Source of the DNA: Phormidesmis sp. | GTDB lineage: Bacteria > Cyanobacteriota > Cyanobacteriia > Leptolyngbyales > Leptolyngbyaceae | NCBI GenBank assembly: GCA_965248535.1 | Contig: CBDFJR010000005.1 | Location: forward strand, 1,600,001-1,664,000 | Reading direction: 5' to 3' | DNA length: 64,000 bases | Shown: positions 50,995 through 61,309 of the stretch, piece by piece | Layout: every line of letters starts with the position of its first letter | Numbering within the stretch: position 1 is the stretch's first letter | Translations under genes and position numbers: made by a program | Notes under the pieces: model-generated | Told to the model about the DNA's origin: nothing | Seen by the model: the letters and a program-made list of their open reading frames with translations, nothing else | Databases searched by the model: none

Positions 50995-51304
50995 AAAGCC
51001 TGTTTTTGTCTGATAGTCTCAACAGGTTTATCGTAGTCCCCGATCGTGCATTCAAAAGCAGAGAGGCTGAAATTTGTGATTGCACATCGCATACACCTCT
51101 TAATGCACAATGTGAGAATTACCTAGAAACGGTTAGGATTTCATGAAATTTTCGTATAGCTCAGACTGCTACAGCCTTTTGTCAGTTATCCTACGGGTAG
51201 GCAAAATCCCAAACGGTCACTAGTTAAACATCTCAACCCTGTTTAACTGAAAAGTGGTGGCTTTGTGAGGTTGTTTTGCTTTGACAAGTCAATCTGAGTA
51301 TCTT

Positions 51305-51332
51305 GGGGGCACCCACAAAGTGTCCCTTTTTT
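51305..51332 (+). terminator. Intrinsic terminator ending a putative plus-strand non-coding transcript
   Basis: GGGGCAC-CCACAAA-GTGTCCC-TTTTTT. Both flanking genes are on the minus strand. Confidence 0.65.
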
Positions 51333-51460
51333 ATGAGCAGAGAGGGCTTTCATCGCCTCTGTAATAGACTCTCCACCAGTTTAAGCGAAGCCTCAAAGAG
51401 ATATTGACGGAGATCAGCCAGAATTCAATCTGGCACACAAAAAACTTGATTCACAAACGC

Positions 51461-52597
51461 TCATAATCGCTGCCAACTCAAGTCACCTGTATTATGTAGG
51501 TGCCATTGCAGCAGGTGTGCAGGCTGATGAAGATAGCTGTCTGATAGCGCGATCGCTCGTCTAGGGGCAGTAGTAGCTAGCGCGATCGCGGGTTCAACTT
51601 CACAGATGCCCCACTTCACCAGGTTTTGTGCCCCGACTAAAAGCGGTAGGGTCGTTCCGGCTAGCGTGTGGTCGAGCAGTCGAGCGGTGCCGTTTTGCAC
51701 GGTGATCTGTCGCGTGTCCCAGGGATAGGTGCCATCGGATAGCCCCAAGGGAGATAGGGCATCGCTGACCAAAAAGAGTCCGTGACCTTGACTAGCTCTC
51801 AGCACTAATTTCAGCATTAGGGGCGAAACGTGTTGACCATCGGCAATCAGCCCGCAATGAACGTTGGAATCTACGATCGCCGCTCCCAATAGCCCCGGTT
51901 CTCGGTGATGGAGGCTGGGCATGGCATTAAAGGCATGAGTGACGAGGGTGGCTCCTTGGGCAAACGCTGTCTGCGCTTGGGCTGCGGTTGCCTGAGAGTG
52001 ACCGAGACTGACGAGAATGCCAAGCGATCGTAGATAAGCGATCGCGGCTCCAGTGGGGTCAAGTTCGGGGGCGAGGGTGATGACTTTGACAATCGAGGCA
52101 TAATCGCCCAGAACGCGCTTGACTTGCTCAACCGTCAGAGGCAGCAGATAGTTGGCGGGGTGTGCGCCGCGCTTTTCGGCGTTGAGAAAGGGGCCTTCGA
52201 GATGGACTCCCAGGATTTGGGCAGTGTTTTTAGAAGGTTGAGTTAGGAATTGGGAAATCGTAGCCAGCGATCGCTGAATCTTTTCAACCGATGTGGTGAC
52301 GATCGTGGGCAAAAATCCATCAATGCCTTGACTCCAGAGAAATTGGCAGATTGCCTTTAATTTGTCGCCATTCTCGTGACTCAAGTCTGGAAACGCTAGA
52401 CCCAACGCACCGTTAATTTGTAGGTCAATGCCGCCGAGAGAAATCCAATCTCCTGAGACATCCAGAATAGGTAAATTCCTTTGGAGTCGAATGGACTGGG
52501 GAACAATTTCGCAAATCACACCGTTTTGGATGCAGATCTGCTGCAATCCCTGATAGCTAGGCACTTGAGCATTGAGAATCCACACGTCGTCGAGCAT
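51461..52597 (-). CDS. nagA: N-acetylglucosamine-6-phosphate deacetylase
   Basis: DLQING, HLEGPF, GAH, THAFNAM and IADGQH motifs. Confidence 0.95.
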   Translation of the reverse strand: MLDDVWILNAQVPSYQGLQQICIQNGVICEIVPQSIRLQRNLPILDVSGDWISLGGIDLQINGALGLAFPDLSHENGDKLKAICQFLWSQGIDGFLPTIVTTSVEKIQRSLATISQFLTQPSKNTAQILGVHLEGPFLNAEKRGAHPANYLLPLTVEQVKRVLGDYASIVKVITLAPELDPTGAAIAYLRSLGILVSLGHSQATAAQAQTAFAQGATLVTHAFNAMPSLHHREPGLLGAAIVDSNVHCGLIADGQHVSPLMLKLVLRASQGHGLFLVSDALSPLGLSDGTYPWDTRQITVQNGTARLLDHTLAGTTLPLLVGAQNLVKWGICEVEPAIALATTAPRRAIALSDSYLHQPAHLLQWHLHNTGDLSWQRL

Positions 52598-52638
52598 GAG
52601 CGATCGTCACCGAAATTACGTTTTCAATCCTGACACGG

Positions 52639-53832
52639 CTAATGGTCTAGTAGAGCCTTCAGTTTTTGGGCAAAGGCAGGTTTTCCAAAGCGTTCTAAAA
52701 CGCTCTGCCGGAGCCAAACCCCGTTACAGCGCCGATCTTCACTCTTGAGTATTTCAACGCTAGCCGCCGCCACCGCACCGGGATCGCGATGGGGCACTCG
52801 CCAGCCTAGTTCGCCATCTTGCAGGGGGTCAGCCGAGCCATCAGCATCGCCTGAGAGCACGGGCACGCCGCAGGCCATCGCTTCTAGATAGACGATGCCA
52901 AAGCCTTCTTGCGAGGGCATGACGTAGGCATCAGCGAGGCGATAGTGATTAACCAGATCCTTGGTGGCGACAAATCCGGCAAAGATGACGCGATCGCTCA
53001 CTCCCAATTCTTCTGCCAGTCTCGCTAGTCGCGGCTGATCGTCGCCCCGTCCGATCACTAAATATTTGACTTGAGGGCAGCTTTGAGCGATCTCAGCCAG
53101 TGCTCGAATGGTTACGTCTACGCCTTTGTAGGGATCGCCTGACCACAGTCTTGCCACGGTCATCAAAACCCTTGACCCTGTTAGCTGATAGCGTTCCATC
53201 AATTCTGGAGATTTGACACCGGGCGTAAAAACGTCACCATCGACAGCACAGGGCAAAAAGTCCAAGCGATCGCGATCGAGGTAATTGGCAAGACACGCCC
53301 GATCGCCGGAATAGCGGCTAATCGTCCAGACCCGATCGGCGTGTTGTAGAGCAGTTTGTTTAGAGATTGGGAGAGCCTCCCAAACCTCTTTGCCGTAGGT
53401 CAAGACAGTGTAGGGAATTCCCAACGGGCTGCAAAGCGCCTGAATCAACGGTGCCAGATTAACGTGTCCACAAAAAACTCGCTGAGGTCGGTTTTTGATT
53501 AGGTAGGTCAACAGCGTGACGGCGAGACGAATTCGCCCGATCGCCGCATTTTGAGTTTTGAGATAGTGAAAGGCGATCGCACCCGACTTAAACGGATTGT
53601 CTACGGCCTTGCTGTCTCTGAGCAAAAAAACCTCTGCCTCACGGCCCGACTCTAAATAAGCTTGCAGAATGTCTTTGACATAAGACTGAATGCCGCCTTC
53701 GCCAGAGAAAATTTCTAGGAAGACAAAAACGGGCTTCTTAAAAGATGAAGACGGCGAGGAGAGGAATGAGTTAGATAAACGATCGCTCAGTGGATGGCGC
53801 TTTAGAGTCCAATTCTGTCGCTTGCCAGTCAT
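52639..53832 (-). CDS. Glycosyltransferase family 4
   Basis: GGIQSY, YKGVD and EGFGIVYLEAMACG motifs. Confidence 0.93.
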   Translation of the reverse strand: MTGKRQNWTLKRHPLSDRLSNSFLSSPSSSFKKPVFVFLEIFSGEGGIQSYVKDILQAYLESGREAEVFLLRDSKAVDNPFKSGAIAFHYLKTQNAAIGRIRLAVTLLTYLIKNRPQRVFCGHVNLAPLIQALCSPLGIPYTVLTYGKEVWEALPISKQTALQHADRVWTISRYSGDRACLANYLDRDRLDFLPCAVDGDVFTPGVKSPELMERYQLTGSRVLMTVARLWSGDPYKGVDVTIRALAEIAQSCPQVKYLVIGRGDDQPRLARLAEELGVSDRVIFAGFVATKDLVNHYRLADAYVMPSQEGFGIVYLEAMACGVPVLSGDADGSADPLQDGELGWRVPHRDPGAVAAASVEILKSEDRRCNGVWLRQSVLERFGKPAFAQKLKALLDH

Positions 53833-53849
53833 CCCTCATTCCTCATCGT

Positions 53850-54143
53850 TTATGGCTTGACTCGCGCTTGCTTCAACATATCGATCAGCGTGTGGTGCGC
53901 GTCTTCAGCATCTTTTAGGTCATGGTCAAACGGAATCCGCAAGGATACGGGTTCGCCATTAATTTGGGCGTTGAGATCCATTCCCTGGGCATCGATCGCG
54001 GCCATCTCTGCGGCAGTTGCTTCACTCGCCTGCCCATAAGCGGTCGCGTAGAGCAAGATGGCTTCAGGATGGTCATCATTCATGTGTTTGCAGATGCGAT
54101 CGCTGACGGTTTTAGAAAATACTTCGCTGCTGGTTTCTGACAT
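53850..54143 (-). CDS. DUF2470 domain protein
   Basis: RICKHMNDDH, IDAQGMDL and AHHTLIDM motifs. Confidence 0.88.
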   Translation of the reverse strand: MSETSSEVFSKTVSDRICKHMNDDHPEAILLYATAYGQASEATAAEMAAIDAQGMDLNAQINGEPVSLRIPFDHDLKDAEDAHHTLIDMLKQARVKP

Positions 54144-54237
54144 GGTGCGTTTTTGTAATCCACTGTCAGAAATCATAACAAGCTCAGGAGTTCTCTACTC
54201 TAGCTTCTGCACTCTGAGGAACACGGATTTATTAATG

Positions 54238-54317
54238 CCGAGATATTCGCCCTCCTCACGAAGTGGGGCGAAGCCCTCCGAGATATTCGCCCTCCTCACG
54301 AAGTGGGGCGAAGCCCT
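54238..54317 (+). repeat. 40-bp perfect tandem repeat (2 copies), each a hairpin
   Basis: CCGAGATATTCGCCCTCCTCACGAAGTGGGGCGAAGCCCT occurs twice, with a TTCGCCC/GGGCGAA stem. Confidence 0.92.
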
Positions 54318-54467
54318 CACCTAACCCCTTCTCCCAAACCAAAATAGAAGAAGGGGAACCGGACTATTGCTCCCTTCTTCCAAGCTAGGGAGAGGGGCAG
54401 GGGGTGAGGGCACGATAGCCTTTCGGGACAATGAATTAGCCCTGCCAATTTTGGGGATTAGGGGGCT
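54313..54467. repeat. Cyanobacterial small dispersed repeats (GCCCTCACC...GGTGAGGGC type) plus a partial TTGGGGATTAGGGGGC unit
   Basis: Terminal inverted repeat at 54313-54411 with internal CCCCTTCT/AGAAGGGG stems. Confidence 0.7.
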
Positions 54468-54515
54468 TCCCGAATTCATAATCAGAGTGAATCACTTCTA
54501 TCAAACTCACATTAA

Positions 54516-54800
54516 TTAAGGCACGACTAAGGGATGCCAGAAGGGATCTTGAGTGTCTTCTAGCCGCGCCATGTCTCCTTCATAGTGCGCGTTGACCGTC
54601 TCGGCTCTTTTTTTTAAACGCGGCGGCACATGACACAAGTCAACGGGCAAGCCGTGCCACAGAAAAAACTCTACTAGCTGGTGAGGATGGATATAAATTC
54701 CTTGCCGATGCAGCCTCAGCACTATCTCAGCAAATGTGTGCCACCTGATCAGGTCTTTGAGCACAAGATGTTCAGGATTTGTAAATACATCTTTTTTCAT
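54516..54800 (-). CDS. Hypothetical protein
   Basis: 94-aa ORF from ATG 54800 with protein-like LHRQGIYIHPHQLVEFFLWHGLPVDL. Confidence 0.65.
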   Translation of the reverse strand: MKKDVFTNPEHLVLKDLIRWHTFAEIVLRLHRQGIYIHPHQLVEFFLWHGLPVDLCHVPPRLKKRAETVNAHYEGDMARLEDTQDPFWHPLVVP

Positions 54801-54951
54801 CGCAGTAAAAAACAAAGCGGAGGGCTGAAGGGCGATCGTCCGGCTCCACTTGGGGCAGAATCATGTCCTTTGATGGTATCGCTCCTTACACTGAGTCAGA
54901 TTTGAAGGTGTGAAAATTTACGGCTGGGTGAGCAGTTGCTCTCGTCTCTGT

Positions 54952-55548
54952 CTAGGAACTTGAAGCGCGAGGATAATCGCCCAACTTCCACATCAAAGCC
55001 GCAATCAGATTGGTGACAATGTGAGCCACGATCGGAACTAATAAATTCCCTGTCCAGATGGCGCTGTAGGCAAACAGTGCGCCAATGCAGGTTGCCCAAA
55101 TGACATAGGCCCACTGCTTAAAGTTGCTTAGGTGCAGCACTCCAAAGCAGGCGCTAGAGATCAAAACCCCTTCTAACGTCAGACCAAACTCAGGCAGCAT
55201 GACCCCGCGAAAGAGCAGTTCTTCGCTGAGTCCGGGCAGCAGCCCCAACCAAACTAAATCGGGAATGAGGAGCGGCTTAAGCACGAGGTCAAGATAATAA
55301 TTGGCGCTGACGCGGTAGGCAGCCCAAAATCGATAGACGATCGAGCTAGCGATCGTCACACTCAGCCCTAACCCGACCCCCTGCAAGACGGCGGTTGCTG
55401 TTAGCTGCACGGGCAAAAGATTCACCGAGCCAAGCTGCATCCACAGTTTGGCGACGAGCAGCAGCACGATCGCTGTCACGCCCATCGCGATCAAGATTTG
55501 GGTGCGAGTTAAAGGTTCCATTTCTGGAGTTTCGGGGATTTGTTGCAC
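54952..55548 (-). CDS. CPBP (CAAX/Abi) intramembrane metalloprotease
   Basis: EELLFRG, FGVLH and PIVAHIVTN motifs. Confidence 0.92.
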   Translation of the reverse strand: MQQIPETPEMEPLTRTQILIAMGVTAIVLLLVAKLWMQLGSVNLLPVQLTATAVLQGVGLGLSVTIASSIVYRFWAAYRVSANYYLDLVLKPLLIPDLVWLGLLPGLSEELLFRGVMLPEFGLTLEGVLISSACFGVLHLSNFKQWAYVIWATCIGALFAYSAIWTGNLLVPIVAHIVTNLIAALMWKLGDYPRASSS

Positions 55549-55584
55549 TGGGATCTTTGGGTAAGAGGGATCAGTAGCTTTATG

Positions 55585-56682
55585 TTAGTAGACGATCAAG
55601 GGAATCATCGACTCAACCTTTAGGCAACTCAGAGGCGCGATCGTCGGATTCAGCGCTTTGGGATCGATGCCTGCCCGATCGCACACCAGCACGCCCAACG
55701 CTTCGAGATAGGAATTGACGGAGATGGCGCTGATCCCCAACGATTCTGGCGGAACTTGCATTTTCGTGGAGTTTTCTCTAACAGCAATAATCTTGGTCGT
55801 TGACTGGCTGAGACTCATCACCGCACTGCCCCCGCAAGCGGTTTCTGGAATCACGATCGCATCAATCTGATCAGCCCAGACATCGCTAGCGTGAATGCTG
55901 GAATGAATGCTTTGAGTCATGAATTGAGGAGCACGACTTAACCCCGCTAGCACACAGGGAAGAAACGTAAAGCCTAACTCTTCGGCGGCCGATCGCGGCG
56001 ACAATTGAGCATCTAAGGGCAACGGCAATAAAGCAGGCGCGTGAGCACACGGAACTTGGAACGTTTGCACCACCAAATGGCTAATCACCGCTTCGGCACC
56101 CGCTAACGGATCAACGCCTTGACCGTGGCGATAATCTTGCAGCGCTTGACTACTGCAATCATCGGGGAACCGAGCAACAACAGCGATCGCCGTTGCGCCT
56201 GCTTGGTGAATCAGTCGATCGGCGGCTCTTAACAGGCTGTCAGGATTCTCGATCGTGCCCCAAGTCGCGCCAGATTTGGCAGTTTTTAATTCAACGTTTA
56301 ACGGCTGATCGGTGATCACATACTCGGTTAGATCTAACCCAAGTGTGGCTCTTGCTGCGTCGGCCGCCTGCAAATGTCGCAATCGCAGATCGGGTTCGAT
56401 GGCGCGATCGAGAATCAGTCCAATCCGATTTTGATGCACGAGACGCAGACCCCAATTGCCCGCCGCTACTTGGTCGAGTCCGTAGCCTTCGACATAGAGC
56501 GTGTTAGGCAGATTCCAATAAAGCTGGGCCCCGTTGAGCACGTTGGGATGAGTGATCAAGCGATCGCACACTTGCGAGATCATTCGCGCTACCGGAAGCG
56601 CATCTCCGGCATAGCCCCCGATCGCCGCTCCGATTCCAGTTGGCACAATTAGAACAACAGTGTATGGGCGATTAGTTATCAA
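55585..56682 (-). CDS. DUF3326 domain protein
   Basis: IVPTGIGAAIGGYAGDA, THPNVLNGA and GVDPLAGAEAVISH motifs. Confidence 0.9.
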   Translation of the reverse strand: MITNRPYTVVLIVPTGIGAAIGGYAGDALPVARMISQVCDRLITHPNVLNGAQLYWNLPNTLYVEGYGLDQVAAGNWGLRLVHQNRIGLILDRAIEPDLRLRHLQAADAARATLGLDLTEYVITDQPLNVELKTAKSGATWGTIENPDSLLRAADRLIHQAGATAIAVVARFPDDCSSQALQDYRHGQGVDPLAGAEAVISHLVVQTFQVPCAHAPALLPLPLDAQLSPRSAAEELGFTFLPCVLAGLSRAPQFMTQSIHSSIHASDVWADQIDAIVIPETACGGSAVMSLSQSTTKIIAVRENSTKMQVPPESLGISAISVNSYLEALGVLVCDRAGIDPKALNPTIAPLSCLKVESMIPLIVY

Positions 56683-56851
56683 GAGTCGTCACGATCGCTT
56701 CAATTTGAACAGTTTGTTCCTTCGCATTCACGCTAGTGATCGCCCAGCGTAGAGGTTCCCCATGGTCTCGCAATTCAGCTTCGATTGCGCTTCGCATTTC
56801 AACCGGAGACGATAGCAGGTCAATTTCTAGACTGATAAAGTGTGTATTCAT
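56672..56851 (-). CDS. Small hypothetical protein
   Basis: IEAELRDHGEPLRWAITSV, overlapping the DUF3326 start in an operon with fed3. Confidence 0.75.
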   Translation of the reverse strand: MNTHFISLEIDLLSSPVEMRSAIEAELRDHGEPLRWAITSVNAKEQTVQIEAIVTTLDN

Positions 56852-56891
56852 AACAGCAAAAGAATTCAAAAATAATTAACTTGAGTGTGAA

Positions 56892-57215
56892 TTATTTATT
56901 TTGATGCTGTCCAAATTGCAAGTGATAAACCGTTTCTTCTTTTTCGGTGGCGATTTTAAGATCCGATCGTGGAAAGGTGACGCAGAGTAGAGCATATCCC
57001 TGCTCTTGTAATTCTTGACTCACGCCCATGCCATCCGTTTGATCGATGGTTCCTTCTAAGATCTGAGCGGCGCAAGTCGTGCAGACTCCGGCCGTGCAAG
57101 AACTGGGCAAATCTAACCCTAATTTGTTTGCAACTTCAAGAACTGTCCGATCGTCGGGGACTGCGATCGTATGAGTTTGTCCCCGATGCAAAATTTCAAC
57201 GGTGTAGGTTGCCAT
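56892..57215 (-). CDS. fed3: 2Fe-2S ferredoxin (Fed3/FdC1 type)
   Basis: LPSSCTAGVCTTCAA, DGMGVS and EKEETVYHLQFG. Confidence 0.88.
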   Translation of the reverse strand: MATYTVEILHRGQTHTIAVPDDRTVLEVANKLGLDLPSSCTAGVCTTCAAQILEGTIDQTDGMGVSQELQEQGYALLCVTFPRSDLKIATEKEETVYHLQFGQHQNK

Positions 57216-57299
57216 TTTAAGTGTGATTGCGCGTGTATTCCCACCTTTATTTTAGAAGCATTAGGGACGGGAATTGAGAGCCGGATTTGATTAAACAAA

Positions 57300-58016
57300 C
57301 TATCGGGGTCGATATCTGAGCGATCGCAGTCTTGCCGCTAACCGCTCTGCTCGTTCTTCTGCCTGCTGCGCTCGGCCTTCTGCAATTAGTCGCTGTTGCT
57401 GTTCAGACAACGCTGATTCTTCGGGAGTCGCTACTAGTTGACCGTCTGAGTGAAAGAACCGCAGCTTGGTTTCGTGGATACCTAGAAATAGTTGCAGTTG
57501 ATCACTCCACAATAAGCTTTGTTGATTGGGCTGAATCGGCTGATAGTGCCCCCGATTAAGAGAGAACCCAACAAACTCTAGCGTTTCGGGATCAAACCAG
57601 AAATATTCAGGGGTGCGAAACGTGTCTTGATAAAGAGTCTTCTTGGTTGTGCGATCGACCTCAGCAGTTGATTCTGACAAAATCTCAACAATTAGATCGG
57701 GATACTTGCCATCTTCTTCCCAAATTGTCCAGCTTTTGCGAGGGCGAGACTCAACACCTTGAACCACAAAGAAATCTGGCCCGCGAAAGTCTCGCGTTTT
57801 GATGCGCTTTTGACTGTAATAAACCGTCAAATTGCCCGCCACGAAAAAATCTTGACGATCGCGCCACAGCCAACTTAAACAACTGATCAGCAACATCATT
57901 TGTTTAAGATGCAAATCAGTTTCCATGGGCGGTTCGTCGCTGTAGAGATCACAAGGCGGCAGAGTCGGCAGTTCCTCTAATGAGTCATCAACAATCAGGT
58001 TCATTTGAGAAGTCAT
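57300..58016 (-). CDS. Uma2-family (PD-(D/E)XK) endonuclease
   Basis: SDEPPMETDLH, FRGPDFFVV, PDLIVEILS and PEYFWFDP motifs with a coiled-coil tail. A 1-nt indel probably hides the usual (G/D)IDPD end. Confidence 0.9.
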   Translation of the reverse strand: MTSQMNLIVDDSLEELPTLPPCDLYSDEPPMETDLHLKQMMLLISCLSWLWRDRQDFFVAGNLTVYYSQKRIKTRDFRGPDFFVVQGVESRPRKSWTIWEEDGKYPDLIVEILSESTAEVDRTTKKTLYQDTFRTPEYFWFDPETLEFVGFSLNRGHYQPIQPNQQSLLWSDQLQLFLGIHETKLRFFHSDGQLVATPEESALSEQQQRLIAEGRAQQAEERAERLAARLRSLRYRPR

Positions 58017-58075
58017 AAGCCTGAGCAGAATCTGAATGTCTTTATCATAGCGATCGGGCGACTCACCCCGCTCAC

Positions 58076-58105
58076 AAAAATGCGCCTGAGAAACTCCCAG
58101 ACGCA
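58076..58105 (-). terminator. atp operon terminator
   Basis: Minus strand TGCGTCTG...CAGGCGCA-TTTTT just after the gamma gene. Confidence 0.7.
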
Positions 58106-58133
58106 CACCGTTAATTGATTACAAACTGGATGA

Positions 58134-59084
58134 TTAGTTTAACGCTTCAGCACCACCTACCACTTCTAGAATCTCTTGAGTAATTGCCGCCTGACGCGCT
58201 TTGTTGTAAGTCAGTGACAATCCTTTCATGAGTTCTGAAGCGTTTTCGCTGGCGTTGTTCATGGCTGTCATCCGGGCAGCAAGTTCACTCGCCGCAGATT
58301 CTTGCAGAGCGCGCAGCAGTTGATTGTTCAAATACAACGGCAGCAGCGCATCCAAAATCTGTACTGGATCTTGTTCAAAAAGCATATCCTGCGGGAAACT
58401 AGTCTGAGTCGGTGCGGTCATTTTTTCGCGCTCGACCTGCAACTGTCCGCCACGAGTCGTCAGCCGGAAGATCTCGTCGTCTGGCACCTCTAACCCTTGA
58501 GGGTCAAGCGGCAGCAGGGTTTGAATCACCGGACGAGAGCTAATCAGCGACACAAATCGAGTGTAGACAAGCTCAACCCGATCGACCGTATCCGACAAAA
58601 ACAGAGACAACAACTGATCTGAAATCTGCGACGCTTCTGCCGCCGTTGGGATCTGCTCTAACCCGATATAAGTGCCCTCGATCGGCTGCTCACGACGCTG
58701 AAAATATTGGGCAGATTTGCGACCGACCACAATAAATTTGTAGTTCAGCCCTTCTGCTTTTAGCTCTTTGGCGCGAATCTCAGCGCGACGAATCACGTTT
58801 GAGTTGTAGGCACCACACAAGCCGCGATCGCCAGAAATCACCAGCAGTGCGACGGTTTTTACATCGCGCTTTTTGAGCAGCGGCAGGTTGGCTTCTTCAA
58901 ACCGCAGACGGGTTTGCAAGCCATAAAGCACCTGAGCCAGGCGATCGGCAAAAGGACGGGTGGCAATCACCTGTTCTTGAGCGCGACGCACTTTAGCAGC
59001 AGCCACAAGCCGCATGGCTTCTGTAATTTTTTTGGTGTTTTTGACCGACTGAATGCGGTCTCGAATGAGTTTGAGGTTTGCCAT
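58134..59084 (-). CDS. atpG: ATP synthase gamma subunit (cyanobacterial atpC)
   Basis: [20 protein letters not shown] and [15 protein letters not shown] motifs. Confidence 0.98.
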   Translation of the reverse strand: MANLKLIRDRIQSVKNTKKITEAMRLVAAAKVRRAQEQVIATRPFADRLAQVLYGLQTRLRFEEANLPLLKKRDVKTVALLVISGDRGLCGAYNSNVIRRAEIRAKELKAEGLNYKFIVVGRKSAQYFQRREQPIEGTYIGLEQIPTAAEASQISDQLLSLFLSDTVDRVELVYTRFVSLISSRPVIQTLLPLDPQGLEVPDDEIFRLTTRGGQLQVEREKMTAPTQTSFPQDMLFEQDPVQILDALLPLYLNNQLLRALQESAASELAARMTAMNNASENASELMKGLSLTYNKARQAAITQEILEVVGGAEALN

Positions 59085-59102
59085 AATCTTGACCAATGTT
59101 AG

Positions 59103-59158
59103 AGTTTGGATTTTGGATTTTGGATGCGATCGTCGATCTCAGATCCAAAATCCAAACT
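59103..59158. repeat. STRR-type heptamer (TTTTGGA)n inverted into a hairpin
   Basis: AGTTTGGATTTTGGATTTTGGAT...ATCCAAAATCCAAACT. Confidence 0.8.
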
Positions 59159-59162
59159 AGTT

Positions 59163-60680
59163 TTACGCGGCGGCTAAGAAGGTCTTTTTATATTCAGCGA
59201 TCGCGTCCTTCAACATCCCTTCAGCTTCAGCGCTGAGAGCTTTAGTGGTGCGAATGCTGTCACCATATTGGGGCTTGCTGGTTGCCAAATAGTCTCGCAA
59301 TCCCTTGGCGTAGTCGGTGATTTTCTCCACGGGGATGTCATCAAGATAGCCGTTGATGCCCGCGTAAATGATCGCGACTTGATCGCTCACCGACAGCGGC
59401 GAATATTGAGACTGCTTCAGCAGTTCGCGCAGACGCTGACCGCGGGCGAGTTGGTTCTGAGTCGCTTTATCTAAGTCAGACGCAAACTGAGCAAACGCTT
59501 CTAGCTCGGCGAATTGCGCCAATTCTAGCTTCACTTTACCCGCGACTTTTTTCATCGCCTTGGTTTGGGCTGCCGATCCGACTCGCGACACCGAGATGCC
59601 TGCGTTTACGGCGGGGCGGAGACCAGAGTTGAACAGGTCAGACGACAAGAAGATTTGACCATCGGTAATCGAGATGACGTTCGTCGGAATGTAAGCCGAT
59701 ACATCACCTGCTTGAGTTTCGACGATCGGCAATGCCGTCATGCTGCCTTCACCCAACTCAGGGCTGAGTTTTGCGGCGCGCTCTAGCAAACGAGAGTGGA
59801 GATAAAACACATCCCCAGGATAGGCTTCACGACCGGGCGGACGACGCAGCAGCAAGGACATTTGACGATACGCCTGTGCCTGCTTGGACAGGTCATCATA
59901 AATCACCAGCGTGTGCTTGCCTTTGTACATAAAGTACTCAGCCAGCGATGCGCCTGTGTAAGGAGCCAAATACTGTAGCGTTGCCGCATCGTTGGCGTTT
60001 GCCGCAACAATAATCGTGTAATCCAATGCGCCACGTTCACGCAGCACGTTGGCGATGTTGGCAACGGTCGAGGCTTTTTGCCCGATCGCCACATAGACGC
60101 AAATCACGTCTTCGCCTTTTTGGTTGAGAATCGTGTCTACCGCAACGGAAGTCTTTCCCGTTTGACGATCGCCGATGATTAATTCACGCTGACCCCGACC
60201 AATTGGAATCATGGTGTCGATCGCGGTGATCCCCGTCTGCATCGGCTCATACACGGATTTCCGCTCAATGATGCCCGGTGCGGGAGATTCGATCAGACGA
60301 AACTCAGTGGTTTGGATGTCGCCTTTGCCGTCGATCGGACGAGCTAACGCATCCACAATCCGACCCACCATCGCATCTCCGACGGGAATCCGAGCAATTT
60401 TGCCGCTCGCCGTGACGCTGCTGCCTTCTTGAATGGTGCGTCCGTTACTCATCAAGACCGCGCCCACGTTGTCTTCTTCAAGGTTGAGGGCGATGCCGAC
60501 CGAGCCATCTTCAAAGTCAAGCAACTCACCAGACATAGCCTTTTCTAGACCATAGATCCGGGCAATGCCGTCGCCGACTTGAAGCACGGTGCCGACGTTG
60601 GAGACCTTTACGCCCTGGTCATAGCTCTCGATCTGCTGGCGAATAATATTACTAATTTCGTCGGGTCTGATTGCTGCCAT
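59163..60680 (-). CDS. atpA: ATP synthase alpha subunit
   Basis: GDRQTGKT and [22 protein letters not shown] motifs. Confidence 0.99.
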   Translation of the reverse strand: MAAIRPDEISNIIRQQIESYDQGVKVSNVGTVLQVGDGIARIYGLEKAMSGELLDFEDGSVGIALNLEEDNVGAVLMSNGRTIQEGSSVTASGKIARIPVGDAMVGRIVDALARPIDGKGDIQTTEFRLIESPAPGIIERKSVYEPMQTGITAIDTMIPIGRGQRELIIGDRQTGKTSVAVDTILNQKGEDVICVYVAIGQKASTVANIANVLRERGALDYTIIVAANANDAATLQYLAPYTGASLAEYFMYKGKHTLVIYDDLSKQAQAYRQMSLLLRRPPGREAYPGDVFYLHSRLLERAAKLSPELGEGSMTALPIVETQAGDVSAYIPTNVISITDGQIFLSSDLFNSGLRPAVNAGISVSRVGSAAQTKAMKKVAGKVKLELAQFAELEAFAQFASDLDKATQNQLARGQRLRELLKQSQYSPLSVSDQVAIIYAGINGYLDDIPVEKITDYAKGLRDYLATSKPQYGDSIRTTKALSAEAEGMLKDAIAEYKKTFLAAA

Positions 60681-60751
60681 TGGAACCTCTGTTGAAGGAT
60701 GAAGGGAAAGCGGAAATTAGGGTTTAGGGTTTAGAAAACCCTGCGCCTCTT

Positions 60752-61309
60752 TTAAGTTGCACTACTTAAACGGAGAGAAATACGCCGCAGTTGACCCCGC
60801 AAACTTGCGTCAATCACCTGAGAGCCGACTTTGATAATCACACCGCCAATCAGGTCGCGATCGATTCGCGTTTCGAGATCAACCTGACGCGCAGAAGTCA
60901 TTGACTTCACCTGTTCGCGGATGGTGTTTTTCTGGTCGTCATTGAGTTCGATCGTTGAAATCACTTCGGCTAACACCGCTTGATTCAGCTTTCTCAGAAG
61001 TGACTGATACTGTTTGCAAATGCCATCTAGAAAGAGAATCCGGCGCTTATCGACGAGCAGCATCAAGAAGCTCTTCGTAAACGGATGGATCTGCGCTCCA
61101 AAAACCTGTTCTAAAACCGCTTTTTTCAAATCGGCTTTCGTCAACGGGCTGCTGAGAAAGGCTTGCAGGTCGGGTGACTCGTCCCAGCTAGAGAGAATCG
61201 CCGCTACATCTTCGCCGAAGCGATCGGTCAAATTGTTTGATTGCCCCAGAGACATCAACGCCTGAGCGTAGGGTTCCAAGACCTGAGCGGTCAAAATGCT
61301 ATCTTTCAT
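60752..61309 (-). CDS. atpH: ATP synthase delta subunit (cyanobacterial atpD)
   Basis: PYAQAL, LLVDKRRI and LIGGVIIKVGSQVIDASL motifs. Confidence 0.96.
   Translation of the reverse strand: MKDSILTAQVLEPYAQALMSLGQSNNLTDRFGEDVAAILSSWDESPDLQAFLSSPLTKADLKKAVLEQVFGAQIHPFTKSFLMLLVDKRRILFLDGICKQYQSLLRKLNQAVLAEVISTIELNDDQKNTIREQVKSMTSARQVDLETRIDRDLIGGVIIKVGSQVIDASLRGQLRRISLRLSSAT

Noticed and set aside
51075..51091. CRP/SyCRP1 site TGTGA...TCGCA
   Set aside because: The spacer is 7 nt rather than 6, so it is too weak to call.
51180..51300. c-di-GMP-I riboswitch or 6S RNA
   Set aside because: GGCAAA is present but GCAAAGC and the second stem are not, there is no downstream plus-strand gene, and I see no long 6S-type rod.
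54238..54317. Possible mini CRISPR array
   Set aside because: The units are head-to-tail with no spacer, and there are no cas genes in the window.
60717..60742. Telomere-like TTTAGGG repeat
   Set aside because: It is only 2-3 units of an STRR-type intergenic repeat inside an operon.
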